A program made the translations under genes and the position numbers. A DNA stretch of 54,108 nucleotides, from the IMG/VR virus record IMGVR_UViG_3300043395_001550, positions 1 to 54,108 of that record. One strand, 5' to 3'. Shown piece after piece: positions 45,926-54,078 of the stretch (position 1 is its first letter; every line of letters begins with the position of its first letter). Below the pieces are notes generated by a model. It was not told where the DNA came from. It did not search any database and was given only the letters and a program-made list of their open reading frames with translations. Source of the stretch: a virus (Duplodnaviria > Caudoviricetes).

Positions 45926-46689
45926 GGAGACAACCTTGCTTTATGCAGACGTTTTGTTTCATAGTATTCAAATACTTCAGGAACCCATTCTTTAATAAGG
46001 GGAACCATACATTCACATAGTGCCTGAATTTCAAGTTGTGCATCCAGTTTAGCACGAAGATCCAGGAAGTGAAGTGCAGCACGAAGAGAGAATGAAACCA
46101 CAAAGTTCTGTCGAATATTCTGCGGAAGGTAATCCCTAAGATGCTCTTCTGCCATACCACCTTGCAAATAACCATCAGAGTATCGCGCAGATGCCCCTAC
46201 ACAAGCACTTAATTCACGCTGGTAGTCGTTGTGGGTCCACTCGTATTTGTGCCCTTTACGGTCCAGGTAGAGACCAGGGGGACGCACATAGAACACTTCT
46301 TCGGGTTTAAGTTCTCCCTGAGCAACTTTTAGAACCCGTCTACCAGTATACCTTTGGGATTGAACATCAAAGGATACACCAACGCGGTGAGTTCTTGCCT
46401 GCATGGGAACGTTATGAACAAATCCATAGCAGTCAAATGTAATCGCTGGATGCTCAAGTGGACCCCAGTGACCACGTTCGTTTGCCAGAAGTTGTTCGAT
46501 TACCCATGTCCCCGCTTTAGTTTCATTCGGGGGATTCTTGGTATGAATTGGGTCTTCGCAATAATCATTTTTTCCCGCTTGCCAAATTAGTGTTTGTGGA
46601 CGTGGCGTTTGTGCCAACACAACCACACCCATTCGACCATCCAACTGAACAAGATCTTTTGCTTTAACTGGCTTCATTTCGCTCCTCAA
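45922..46689 (-). CDS. thyX: FAD-dependent thymidylate synthase
   Basis: GH-GPLEH, RTHRVGVSFDVQSQRY, EEHLRDYLP, AQLEIQ. Confidence 0.92.
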   Translation of the reverse strand: MRSEMKPVKAKDLVQLDGRMGVVVLAQTPRPQTLIWQAGKNDYCEDPIHTKNPPNETKAGTWVIEQLLANERGHWGPLEHPAITFDCYGFVHNVPMQARTHRVGVSFDVQSQRYTGRRVLKVAQGELKPEEVFYVRPPGLYLDRKGHKYEWTHNDYQRELSACVGASARYSDGYLQGGMAEEHLRDYLPQNIRQNFVVSFSLRAALHFLDLRAKLDAQLEIQALCECMVPLIKEWVPEVFEYYETKRLHKARLSP

Positions 46690-46868
46690 CCTTCAAATAC
46701 TTCATCATAGTCTTCCGGATAAAAGATGTAGTCCGGATCCCGAATAGATCTTAACTCGGGGGATTGTTCTGTTGATTTGAGTTCATTCAATTCTTTCTTC
46801 AAGCACTCAACCAACAAACCCATGTTATTTACCATGAGTTCTAACCGTTCAACCTTATCTTGGTCCAT
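46686..46868 (-). CDS. hypothetical protein
   Basis: GGAG RBS; DYDEVF C-terminus; follows a strong promoter. Confidence 0.7.
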   Translation of the reverse strand: MDQDKVERLELMVNNMGLLVECLKKELNELKSTEQSPELRSIRDPDYIFYPEDYDEVFEG

Positions 46869-46889
46869 GCGTCTCCAAAGACTATTATC

Positions 46890-46918
46890 AGTATAGACAA
46901 AAAAACGGGGGTTGTCAA
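46890..46918 (-). promoter_or_regulatory. sigma70-like promoter TTGACA-N17-TATACT
   Basis: Near-perfect consensus, with the -35 inside the terminator loop. Confidence 0.8.
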
Positions 46919-46926
46919 GACCCCCG
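46899..46926 (-). terminator. intrinsic terminator ending the riboswitch-led operon
   Basis: CGGGGG...CCCCCG stem followed by T7. Confidence 0.8.
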
Positions 46927-46931
46927 GAAAA

Positions 46932-47033
46932 TTATTTTGCTTGTTGTGCTCTTACTAATTGAGCGGTTTTTAGTTTTTTATCCTTATTGATTTTTGTTTG
47001 GATAAGGACTAGCGGAACTAGTGACTGAATCAT
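46932..47033 (-). CDS. small basic peptide (MIQSLVPLVLIQTKINKDKKLKTAQLVRAQQAK)
   Basis: 33-aa ORF translated by hand; AGGAG RBS; ends just before the terminator. Confidence 0.6.
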   Translation of the reverse strand: MIQSLVPLVLIQTKINKDKKLKTAQLVRAQQAK

Positions 47034-47035
47034 TT

Positions 47036-47134
47036 TTATCTCCTGTATACTAGGTGAATTACTGCTGCTAAAAATAATAGGACCACGACCTGTAGTACAC
47101 TCAATTCGCATACTATCGCCATGGGACTGTGCAT
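47036..47134 (-). CDS. small membrane peptide (MHSPMAIVCELSVLQVVVLLFLAAVIHLVYRR)
   Basis: 32-aa ORF translated by hand; TGATG coupling and AGGAG upstream. Confidence 0.5.
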   Translation of the reverse strand: MHSPMAIVCELSVLQVVVLLFLAAVIHLVYRR

Positions 47135-47310
47135 CAGATTACTCCTTTGTATAGATTTTTCTTGGTCTCACTATCCATCGTTTGAATTGGATGGTAATGA
47201 TTACCACGATAAGAATGTTCTTTAGTATCTACATTTTTATGCCATTCAATAAAATCTTTTTTGGGTGTTTCAGTATCATACCACACACCTCGATAACAAG
47301 CTCTTGCCAT
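47134..47310 (-). CDS. DUF4278-like small protein (YRG motifs, related to the IF17 N-terminus)
   Basis: CYRGVWY, SYRGNHY, LYKGV; AAAGGAG RBS; downstream of glnA-type aptamers. Confidence 0.75.
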   Translation of the reverse strand: MARACYRGVWYDTETPKKDFIEWHKNVDTKEHSYRGNHYHPIQTMDSETKKNLYKGVI

Positions 47311-47341
47311 GAGAAATACTCCTTTGTGTTTAAACAATAGA

Positions 47342-47565
47342 GCGTTCCTTCAGGTGGCATACTTCCGTTACAGTCAACTAAGCGTTATTCCACAATCTCC
47401 ACTCACAGAATTTTGGAGAAAGATCTTTGATCTCTCTAAACAATTCCCGTTCAATTTGTGGAGGATAATTTTTTCCATAAATGCGAATCATTAAAATATT
47501 CGCTTGAGAACAGGAAAGAATAAGTGGGAGTGCGATTTCGAACATAGTTGACTGTAATGAACGTT
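47342..47565 (-). ncRNA. glutamine riboswitch (glnA-type) aptamer 2 with an ORF-filled P2 loop
   Basis: CGTTCA-[13-bp stem, about 164-nt loop]-CGGAAGTA-N8-GAAGGAACG. Confidence 0.75.
47378..47545 (-). CDS. 55-aa ORF nested in the riboswitch P2 loop (MFEIALPLILSCSQANILMIRIYGKNYPPQIERELFREIKDLSPKFCEWRLWNNA)
   Basis: Translated by hand; open from ATG to TAG across the whole loop; resembles 5747-5938. Confidence 0.7.
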   Translation of the reverse strand: MFEIALPLILSCSQANILMIRIYGKNYPPQIERELFREIKDLSPKFCEWRLWNNA

Positions 47566-47616
47566 ACGTTCCTTCTGTCGCCTTACTTCCGTTTACTCGA
47601 AGAGTAAATGAACGAT
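47566..47616 (-). ncRNA. glutamine riboswitch (glnA-type) aptamer 1
   Basis: ATCGTTCA-TTTACTC-TTC-GAGTAAA-CGGAAGTA-N8-GAAGGAACG: P1, P2 and AGUA/GAA E-loop. Confidence 0.85.
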
Positions 47617-47622
47617 TGATAT

Positions 47623-47630
47623 TATTTATG
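47623..47630 (-). promoter_or_regulatory. late promoter CATAAATA
   Basis: NATAAATA ending 6 nt before aptamer 1. Confidence 0.7.
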
Positions 47631-47712
47631 TTGAAATGCCAATATTTTTGTAGTATTGGATACAATTATAGTAGCAGATCTATACCAAAATCACAATACT
47701 CCTTAATAAAAT

Positions 47713-48042
47713 TTAACGTTCGATATATTGAAATTCTCTATTAGCACATTTCAATTGGAGGATAATAATGTCACACCCTATCTTTGGATTTGCATCCCCA
47801 CAAGTGAAAATATCTACTGCTGCTTCACCTGTTTCTGGCCAAGTATGAATAGAGATATGACTTTCTTCCAATAAAGTTAGAACTGTTGCTCCTTGTGGAT
47901 CGAACTTTTTGTATATTGTTTCCACTACAGTTGCGCCACTAGCAACGGCCGCATTCTCCATCAAATCAATAAGAAACCTTTCATCATTAAGAAGATGAAA
48001 GGGGCAACCATATAGATTAAGTAAATAATGCTTCCCCAACAT
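47713..48042 (-). CDS. speD: S-adenosylmethionine decarboxylase proenzyme
   Basis: FDPQG, LLEESHISIHTWPE, DIFTCG. Confidence 0.95.
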   Translation of the reverse strand: MLGKHYLLNLYGCPFHLLNDERFLIDLMENAAVASGATVVETIYKKFDPQGATVLTLLEESHISIHTWPETGEAAVDIFTCGDANPKIGCDIIILQLKCANREFQYIER

Positions 48043-48044
48043 TG

Positions 48045-48233
48045 TCAGACATCCGGATCATAGTAATCTTTAAGGAGGTCAGATACGACCCTTTCTGTAC
48101 CATCAAGTTTCTTCACGTCATAAATTGCGGATCTCATATACTTCTTAACTTTCTTATAACTCTTAAGAAGTTTATCAACCTCATCTTTATAGACAACCAC
48201 GTTGAGTTTCTCATTACCAAATCCACTACTCAT
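48045..48233 (-). CDS. conserved hypothetical protein
   Basis: ATGA-coupled ORF; YKK-KKYM-S pattern. Confidence 0.7.
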   Translation of the reverse strand: MSSGFGNEKLNVVVYKDEVDKLLKSYKKVKKYMRSAIYDVKKLDGTERVVSDLLKDYYDPDV

Positions 48234-48517
48234 TTCTTTTTTCCCTTAGAACTTTTTTTAGCTGCTCCCCAAAGTCTGGGATTTGTTTGTCCATATCCAA
48301 AATCAATTCTTTGAACAGATCCTGGTCCAAACTTATCATAATAAAAATCAAATAGACTTACCCGCTTACCGCGAGTTAAGTCTATGTATTCAACTCCGTC
48401 CACAACATACCAAATCAGGTAGGCATCGTTTGGAAAGGATCTATCGTTTGCCCTTTCTATAGTGGTCTTCTCAAGAAGTACCTGACACCCGTAATCAATA
48501 GGATCTAATTGTCTCAT
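48230..48517 (-). CDS. conserved cyanophage hypothetical protein
   Basis: FD-YYD-FG...GYG--NP-LWG pattern. Confidence 0.75.
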   Translation of the reverse strand: MRQLDPIDYGCQVLLEKTTIERANDRSFPNDAYLIWYVVDGVEYIDLTRGKRVSLFDFYYDKFGPGSVQRIDFGYGQTNPRLWGAAKKSSKGKKK

Positions 48518-48532
48518 ATTCGTATCAATAAA

Positions 48533-49096
48533 TCAGGATCTGTTGCCCCATACAATATCTGGATATGCTTCTTTTACAACTTCAAATGGAATCTTGTATT
48601 TGTCGGTAAGAAGTTTATCTTTTACCAGACACAGAATTTCTGCTTCCCTTGGATGAAGTGCCTCAACAATACCAATAAACATGGTCTCTCTACGAATCTG
48701 TGAGAGAGTCATATTACCACCTCTAACAAAGTTGTAGAGATGAACATATTCGTTCCTAAGAGAAGTCCTCCCTTCACCGTTAAGGTCTTGTCCTTGTGCA
48801 GATCTTGCATCAAGTCCTTTGGCAACATTTTCACTTAATGTTCCTGAGGTTACTGTTTGCCGTTCAATATTAGAATAAGGAACTGGACCTTCCGGCAACA
48901 TCGAAATTACCGTTTCGTCATAATTCCAAATAAAAATAGACTTTAAAGATGGATGATCATATTTCCTAAGAACTTCCACCTTTAAAGCTTTTGATCTTTG
49001 TTTTGATGCTAGTTCCAAAACCTCAAACAAAAATGGATTTGTTGGTAAATCCAGGGATGGTTTTGTACTAGTCTTCCTCTTCGTCGCAGTAGTCAT
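48533..49096 (-). CDS. conserved T4-like hypothetical protein
   Basis: LPEG-VPY, RRETMFI--VE-LHP-EA. Confidence 0.8.
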   Translation of the reverse strand: MTTATKRKTSTKPSLDLPTNPFLFEVLELASKQRSKALKVEVLRKYDHPSLKSIFIWNYDETVISMLPEGPVPYSNIERQTVTSGTLSENVAKGLDARSAQGQDLNGEGRTSLRNEYVHLYNFVRGGNMTLSQIRRETMFIGIVEALHPREAEILCLVKDKLLTDKYKIPFEVVKEAYPDIVWGNRS

Positions 49097-49304
49097 AATC
49101 GTTATAGTTCTCAAATCGAATTGCTATGATTTCATCTGGGATTAAATTGCCATCACTATCAAACATTTCTGGATGTGCTACAGGTAATGATGTTAGATAT
49201 GCCTTTTCATAAAAGTGTTGCTTTGCCAACCATCCTATTGCACCTCCAACAAAAAAGAACATTATAGAAATTAAACTTGTAATGGTCAGTGTTAGTGCTA
49301 ACAT
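49068..49304 (-). CDS. hypothetical membrane protein
   Basis: N-terminal helix; HPEMFD-DG...DEI-A-RFE; GGAGG RBS. Confidence 0.75.
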   Translation of the reverse strand: MLALTLTITSLISIMFFFVGGAIGWLAKQHFYEKAYLTSLPVAHPEMFDSDGNLIPDEIIAIRFENYNDYDYCDEEED

Positions 49305-49322
49305 GACTTCCTCCCAGAGAGT

Positions 49323-49532
49323 TTATTTTTTTCTGATGCCCAGACTTAGTTCAAATGTAAAATGTATCTCTCTGAAAAATAGAGAGACCATTTTATCTAA
49401 GCGAATACCAAAGTTCTTTGGTTTTTTCTCAGGGACCCTCCTATTTCTTAACATTAATTCAAACCCACGATCTATGTGAGTTTCTCTTTTACTATTTAGA
49501 TCAAAATCATCATATTTTTGAATTGCCATCAA
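49323..49532 (-). CDS. hypothetical protein
   Basis: ORF with RG-ELML pattern. Confidence 0.65.
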   Translation of the reverse strand: MMAIQKYDDFDLNSKRETHIDRGFELMLRNRRVPEKKPKNFGIRLDKMVSLFFREIHFTFELSLGIRKK

Positions 49533-49771
49533 ATAACTTCTTTCTCACGTAAGTATTTAATAGTGTCTTTACACCCACCCAAAATAGTCTCATCATTTAG
49601 AACAACTTGTGGAAATGTTGCATCATAACCAAACACTTCTGTAAATTGCATATGCGTAAATCCACCGTCATCTATACTGTGAACAACATAATCCAATTTT
49701 GCCATATCAAAAATGGTCTTAACTTTTTCACAGTAACCGCATCCTTCTTTACTGTAAACTGTAAACTTCAT
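49529..49771 (-). CDS. glutaredoxin (NrdC-like)
   Basis: CGYC active site, TFPQV, LGGC-D. Confidence 0.9.
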   Translation of the reverse strand: MKFTVYSKEGCGYCEKVKTIFDMAKLDYVVHSIDDGGFTHMQFTEVFGYDATFPQVVLNDETILGGCKDTIKYLREKEVI

Positions 49772-50133
49772 GATGCATTATTCCTCCGTTTGCCGTAAGT
49801 ATACAAATTTGTTGGTCTGGGCGGTCTAGACCACTCAACTATTTTTTCCATTCGTTCTTGAGAGAAAAACTCTTGTCTCTCATACCAATCAATCATTTCC
49901 TCATGTCCTTTGTCAGAATTGCATTTTTTACAACTACAAAGAACGTTGTTGGTATTATTCAATCCTCCACGATGTACGGGAATAATATGATCGATAGTTA
50001 ATTCTTCATCTGATCCACAATAAGCACATTCATAATTCCACATTTCTTTTATTTGTTTTCTCCACATTCGTTTAGATTCTGATGAAGATAAAGACTGAAG
50101 GTTGTACAAATAATCCTCTGAAGAATTGTACAT
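49768..50133 (-). CDS. HNH endonuclease
   Basis: CAYC...TIDHIIP---GG----N----CKKCN--K. Confidence 0.9.
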   Translation of the reverse strand: MYNSSEDYLYNLQSLSSSESKRMWRKQIKEMWNYECAYCGSDEELTIDHIIPVHRGGLNNTNNVLCSCKKCNSDKGHEEMIDWYERQEFFSQERMEKIVEWSRPPRPTNLYTYGKRRNNAS

Positions 50134-50142
50134 ATTTGCTTT

Positions 50143-50439
50143 TTAGGTTTGGGGTGAACTAGAAGGGATGACTGGATTTCTACTCCTATTTTTAATTACG
50201 ATAAATGCATCATCTTGATATGTAGTGACTCCATACGGTCTATGCCATTTTGAATTTGCTTGTTCAGATGCAGATAGTCCACTAGAAGCACATCCACCAA
50301 TCTGAACTTCAATTGTATCGCCACTATCCCATTTAAGTTCGTTTATGTAAGATTTAATTTTTTCTAATAAATCCTTATCCATAATACAAGATTGGGGAGG
50401 TTCTTTATTTATTATGCCAGGTTTCTTCTCCTTTGTCAA
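50143..50439 (-). CDS. hypothetical protein
   Basis: 98-aa ORF; VQIGG...DAFIVIKN pattern. Confidence 0.65.
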   Translation of the reverse strand: MTKEKKPGIINKEPPQSCIMDKDLLEKIKSYINELKWDSGDTIEVQIGGCASSGLSASEQANSKWHRPYGVTTYQDDAFIVIKNRSRNPVIPSSSPQT

Positions 50440-50451
50440 GGGAGTAAATCC

Positions 50452-52122
50452 TCAACTAGACATATTGCCTAGAGGATATGAAATTTTATTTGGGTGAAAA
50501 TTAAAACACCCATAATAAGCTTTACCATAACAGTTGCTTTCTGCAAGTGCCACAGTTTGTCCTTTTTGCCCAATCCAAGAATTGAGATTATCTTCAGTTA
50601 ATTCATGAGGATGTCCATCATGTGCTGGAATATCAACCCATTCAAATATTCTTAAGACTGGTGCTGCCCTCTTTGCATTCTCAATAATTTTTTGTGGATC
50701 AATTGTATGCTGTAAGCAATTATAAATCCAAACCTCATCCCAACCAGATTCATCTATATTCTCTGCACAATCAACAAGAACCTCAATATTCTTGGACTTA
50801 TATCTTTGAACAGTCCAATCTGGATATGCAATTGGGTCTACAACCTTTCCCTTTGGTAGATTGTAGCATTTTAACATCATAGAAGTTGGTCCACCACCAA
50901 TATCCAAAACTGCTTTGTTCTGAGCGTCAAAAGAATAATAACTTTGAGTGATGCTCATATACTTTGCATAAACATAATGCTTTAGATCTTCACCATAAGT
51001 ATTTGTACAATCTCCCCAGAAACTCTTTTCATGATCGTAAATATCATCATCACCTCTCAATTGATACCATCCTTTACGATGTAAGTCATTTAGTTGCATA
51101 AAAATCTTATCATATTTTTTCCCACATGCGTCTAGACTATATTTGGATCTAGCAGTATCGGCAATATATTTTCTATCCAACTCATCAACATCTTTAACGG
51201 CATCTAACCAGTCTTGAAGAGTATGGCAACGGAATCCCATTCCTTCCTGAACGGTTTCTGTCATAGCACCATAATCAACAGAAATAACCGGAGTTCCACA
51301 TAACATCGCTTCCACAGACATTCCACAGAAGGGTTCAATAAAATTAGAAGGTGCTAAGATTGCCTTTGCATTTCGCAAAAAATCACTTCTTTCTTTTCCG
51401 TGAATTGGACCACCATAATGAATATTTGGATGACTCCATTCAGAAGCATCACCTTGCCCATGAAGAATGATTGGAACATCACAATTGTCTGCAATTGCCT
51501 TAATTGTGTCAAGTCCTTTTACTGAACAAATTCTTCCAAGAAAAGCAAGATATTGTCCTGGTTCATATCTTGGTTCCCAATCATCCAAATCATAGTAATT
51601 TGGAACTACCCATTCATAATTTCTACCGCTTCTTTTTTCTTTTTCTTGGTGGTTATGCATCCACGCATATGATTCAAAAATGCGAAAACTATTAGGCATC
51701 AAAATTGAGTATCCAATCCCAGTTTCAACATGTTGGTGATTCGGAAACTCATTCATTAAAATTGAATGAGCATGTCCAAATGGATGACAAATAATGTCTT
51801 GGGGTTTTATTCTTTCCCTTAATGCCGGTATAAGTTTTGATTCAAATAATTGATGCGGCACACTTCCAATTGTAGCATCATCTCCATAAAATGTGGTGGG
51901 ATTTCTTTCCCCAAAACATTTTCTATACTCTTCATCTGTAAGCATCACCACTTTCTCATCAGCGGTGCTTTCAGACCCCTCATTACTATATTCAATAATC
52001 TTATATCCATACATCTGCATCATTTTTGGAAAACGTAGAGCCTTTCCAGTAAAAGCACAATGGCTAAATGATTCCTGATGTTTGGTATGAAAGATTCCAA
52101 TCAAATGCAAAGTGGGTTTCAT
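50452..52122 (-). CDS. GT-B (family 4-like) glycosyltransferase fused to a C-terminal SAM-methyltransferase-like domain
   Basis: FLGRI---KG and EPFCG---EAMLCGTPVI; then VLDIGGG, DEVWIYNCLQH. Confidence 0.85.
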   Translation of the reverse strand: MKPTLHLIGIFHTKHQESFSHCAFTGKALRFPKMMQMYGYKIIEYSNEGSESTADEKVVMLTDEEYRKCFGERNPTTFYGDDATIGSVPHQLFESKLIPALRERIKPQDIICHPFGHAHSILMNEFPNHQHVETGIGYSILMPNSFRIFESYAWMHNHQEKEKRSGRNYEWVVPNYYDLDDWEPRYEPGQYLAFLGRICSVKGLDTIKAIADNCDVPIILHGQGDASEWSHPNIHYGGPIHGKERSDFLRNAKAILAPSNFIEPFCGMSVEAMLCGTPVISVDYGAMTETVQEGMGFRCHTLQDWLDAVKDVDELDRKYIADTARSKYSLDACGKKYDKIFMQLNDLHRKGWYQLRGDDDIYDHEKSFWGDCTNTYGEDLKHYVYAKYMSITQSYYSFDAQNKAVLDIGGGPTSMMLKCYNLPKGKVVDPIAYPDWTVQRYKSKNIEVLVDCAENIDESGWDEVWIYNCLQHTIDPQKIIENAKRAAPVLRIFEWVDIPAHDGHPHELTEDNLNSWIGQKGQTVALAESNCYGKAYYGCFNFHPNKISYPLGNMSS

Positions 52123-52157
52123 ATTTAAAATGATATATTCTATAATACTATTTAATC

Positions 52158-53057
52158 CTATAAGTCAATCGTATTTGTTGATGGGAATGCTCTGTTTGGT
52201 CCCCAAATAATTCTTACTGCACCATTTCCACCAGCCGCTTGTTCAACCGTTGTATTATCTGCACCACAACCACCACCACCATAAGTTCCAGGTGTTGACA
52301 GGACACTAGTGCTATAAACGTTTCCGGGTGGAGTTCCTCCTGCAGCAACGTGTTGAGAAGCATTACCTCCACCCGAACCACCAGCGCCACCGGCACCATC
52401 AGCAGAAGAACCGGCACCACCAGCACCATTAGCACCCGATCCTAAAACACCTACACCACCACCAGATCCCGCAGAGTCTGCAGATCCACCACATCCTCCT
52501 CCTCCGCCTCCTCCGCCAGATCCAGCAGAACCGTTTCCATTTGCTGGAGTTGCATTATATCCTCCACCATTTCCACCATTTCCAGTATATCCACCTGCTC
52601 CACCACCGCCGCCTGATCCAGCAGTCGATGCATTTCTACTTCCACCAGATCCACCATTTCCACCCCCCTCACCAACAAATGTTCCTCCAGTACCCACAAC
52701 ATCAGAGGTTACAGCTCCACCACCACCACCTTTACCAGCAACAGTAGTATTATTGATAAAATAACTTTCTCCACCAGCACCAGCTGTTCCTGCAGTTGCT
52801 CTTGTTCCACCTTGTCCCACAACGACAGTATAAGTTGTTCCTGGAACAACTGGAATATTATTTTTCCACCCAAGACCACCACCACCTGCTCCAGATGCTC
52901 CGCTAGTATTAGCTGCTGATCCACCACCAGCTCCTACACAAACTACATCAACAAAAAAAACATCATCTGGACATATCCAACTAGTGGTTCCCGGAGTTGT
53001 AAAAAGAGCTTGTCCTACCGGTATATCAACCAAAAATGCCGCAGTATATACTGTCAT
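52158..53057 (-). CDS. glycine-rich tail-fibre/adhesin-like protein
   Basis: FTTPG--SW-CP...VVCVGAGGG...G-GAVRIIWG glycine-rich domain. Confidence 0.8.
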   Translation of the reverse strand: MTVYTAAFLVDIPVGQALFTTPGTTSWICPDDVFFVDVVCVGAGGGSAANTSGASGAGGGGLGWKNNIPVVPGTTYTVVVGQGGTRATAGTAGAGGESYFINNTTVAGKGGGGGAVTSDVVGTGGTFVGEGGGNGGSGGSRNASTAGSGGGGGAGGYTGNGGNGGGYNATPANGNGSAGSGGGGGGGGCGGSADSAGSGGGVGVLGSGANGAGGAGSSADGAGGAGGSGGGNASQHVAAGGTPPGNVYSTSVLSTPGTYGGGGCGADNTTVEQAAGGNGAVRIIWGPNRAFPSTNTIDL

Positions 53058-53058
53058 A

Positions 53059-54078
53059 TTACGTCAACCCCGCTCCAGTAATTACATATTCATTTGCAGC
53101 AACACAGAGTATATTTCCAAGTCCCTTCTGAGCTAATTGCCTTGGTCCAGTTGAAGCCGTTCCAGCCCAACGAAGTTGAACCCCCGTTCCAGATGGGGTA
53201 ATTGTTCTAGTTGATACGCCAACATTATAAATGATGCACATACTACCCGTTGAGAAACCGGTTGATGCGTTAATAGTTACGTTTGCATCTATGATAGTGA
53301 ACTTTCCTTGATCACTTGAAACAAGAGTTGTGTTTGTGCTTGATGGAATTCCAACTGGCGATACTCCTGTGGCACCAGTTACACCAGTAACACCCGTGGC
53401 ACCTGTAGGTCCTGTAACACCAGTTACACCTTGAGCACCCGTGGCACCTGTAGGTCCAGTAACACCCTGAGCACCCGTGGCACCTGTAGGTCCTGTAAGA
53501 CCATCAATTCCTTGGACACCCGTAGCACCGGTGGGTCCTGTAACACCAGTAACACCCGTGGCACCTGTAGGTCCTGTGACACCATCAATTCCCTGAACAC
53601 CTGTGGCTCCAGTAGATCCTATACCTGTGGCACCTTGAACACCCGTAGCACCGGTGGGTCCAGTTACACCATCAATTCCTTGGACACCAGTTGCCCCTGT
53701 AGATCCTATGCCTGTTGCGCCAGTAATACCTATAACGCCAGTCGCTCCAGTAGGTCCAGTTACACCATCAATTCCTTGGACACCGGTGGCACCTGTAGGT
53801 CCTGTAACACCAGTAATACCTTGGACTCCCGTGGCCCCAGTAGATCCTATACCCGTGGCACCAGTAATACCTATGACACCCGTAGCACCTGTAGGTCCTG
53901 TGACACCCTGAGCACCCGTAGCACCAGTAGGTCCTGTGACACCAGTAACACCAGTTGCTCCAGTAGGTCCTGTAACGCCACTAACACCCTGAACACCAGT
54001 TGCCCCTGTAGATCCTATGCCTGTTGCGCCAGTAATACCTATAACGCCAGTCGCTCCAGTAGGTCCTGTTACACCCAC
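53059..54078 (-). CDS. collagen-like fibre protein, probably 5-prime incomplete
   Basis: About 240 residues of uninterrupted G-X-Y (mostly G-X-T) followed by a small globular C-terminal domain. Confidence 0.85.
   Translation of the reverse strand: MGVTGPTGATGVIGITGATGIGSTGATGVQGVSGVTGPTGATGVTGVTGPTGATGAQGVTGPTGATGVIGITGATGIGSTGATGVQGITGVTGPTGATGVQGIDGVTGPTGATGVIGITGATGIGSTGATGVQGIDGVTGPTGATGVQGATGIGSTGATGVQGIDGVTGPTGATGVTGVTGPTGATGVQGIDGLTGPTGATGAQGVTGPTGATGAQGVTGVTGPTGATGVTGVTGATGVSPVGIPSSTNTTLVSSDQGKFTIIDANVTINASTGFSTGSMCIIYNVGVSTRTITPSGTGVQLRWAGTASTGPRQLAQKGLGNILCVAANEYVITGAGLT
53363..54078 (-). repeat. collagen triplet repeat ([17 protein letters not shown] units)
   Basis: 9-nt periodicity with higher-order repeats visible in the DNA. 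Confidence 0.9.

Noticed and set aside
47309-47494. 61-aa plus-strand ORF across the riboswitch
   Set aside because: Antisense to a well-supported minus-strand unit and has no RBS
47368-47557. MITE or insertion sequence with 13-bp terminal inverted repeats
   Set aside because: No target-site duplication or second copy, and the repeats sit exactly where aptamer P2 is required
49768-50133. Intron-encoded homing endonuclease
   Set aside because: Free-standing between intact genes, with no split gene or intron core visible
53363-54078. CRISPR-like or non-coding tandem repeat
   Set aside because: Periodicity is explained by G-X-Y collagen codons with variable third positions
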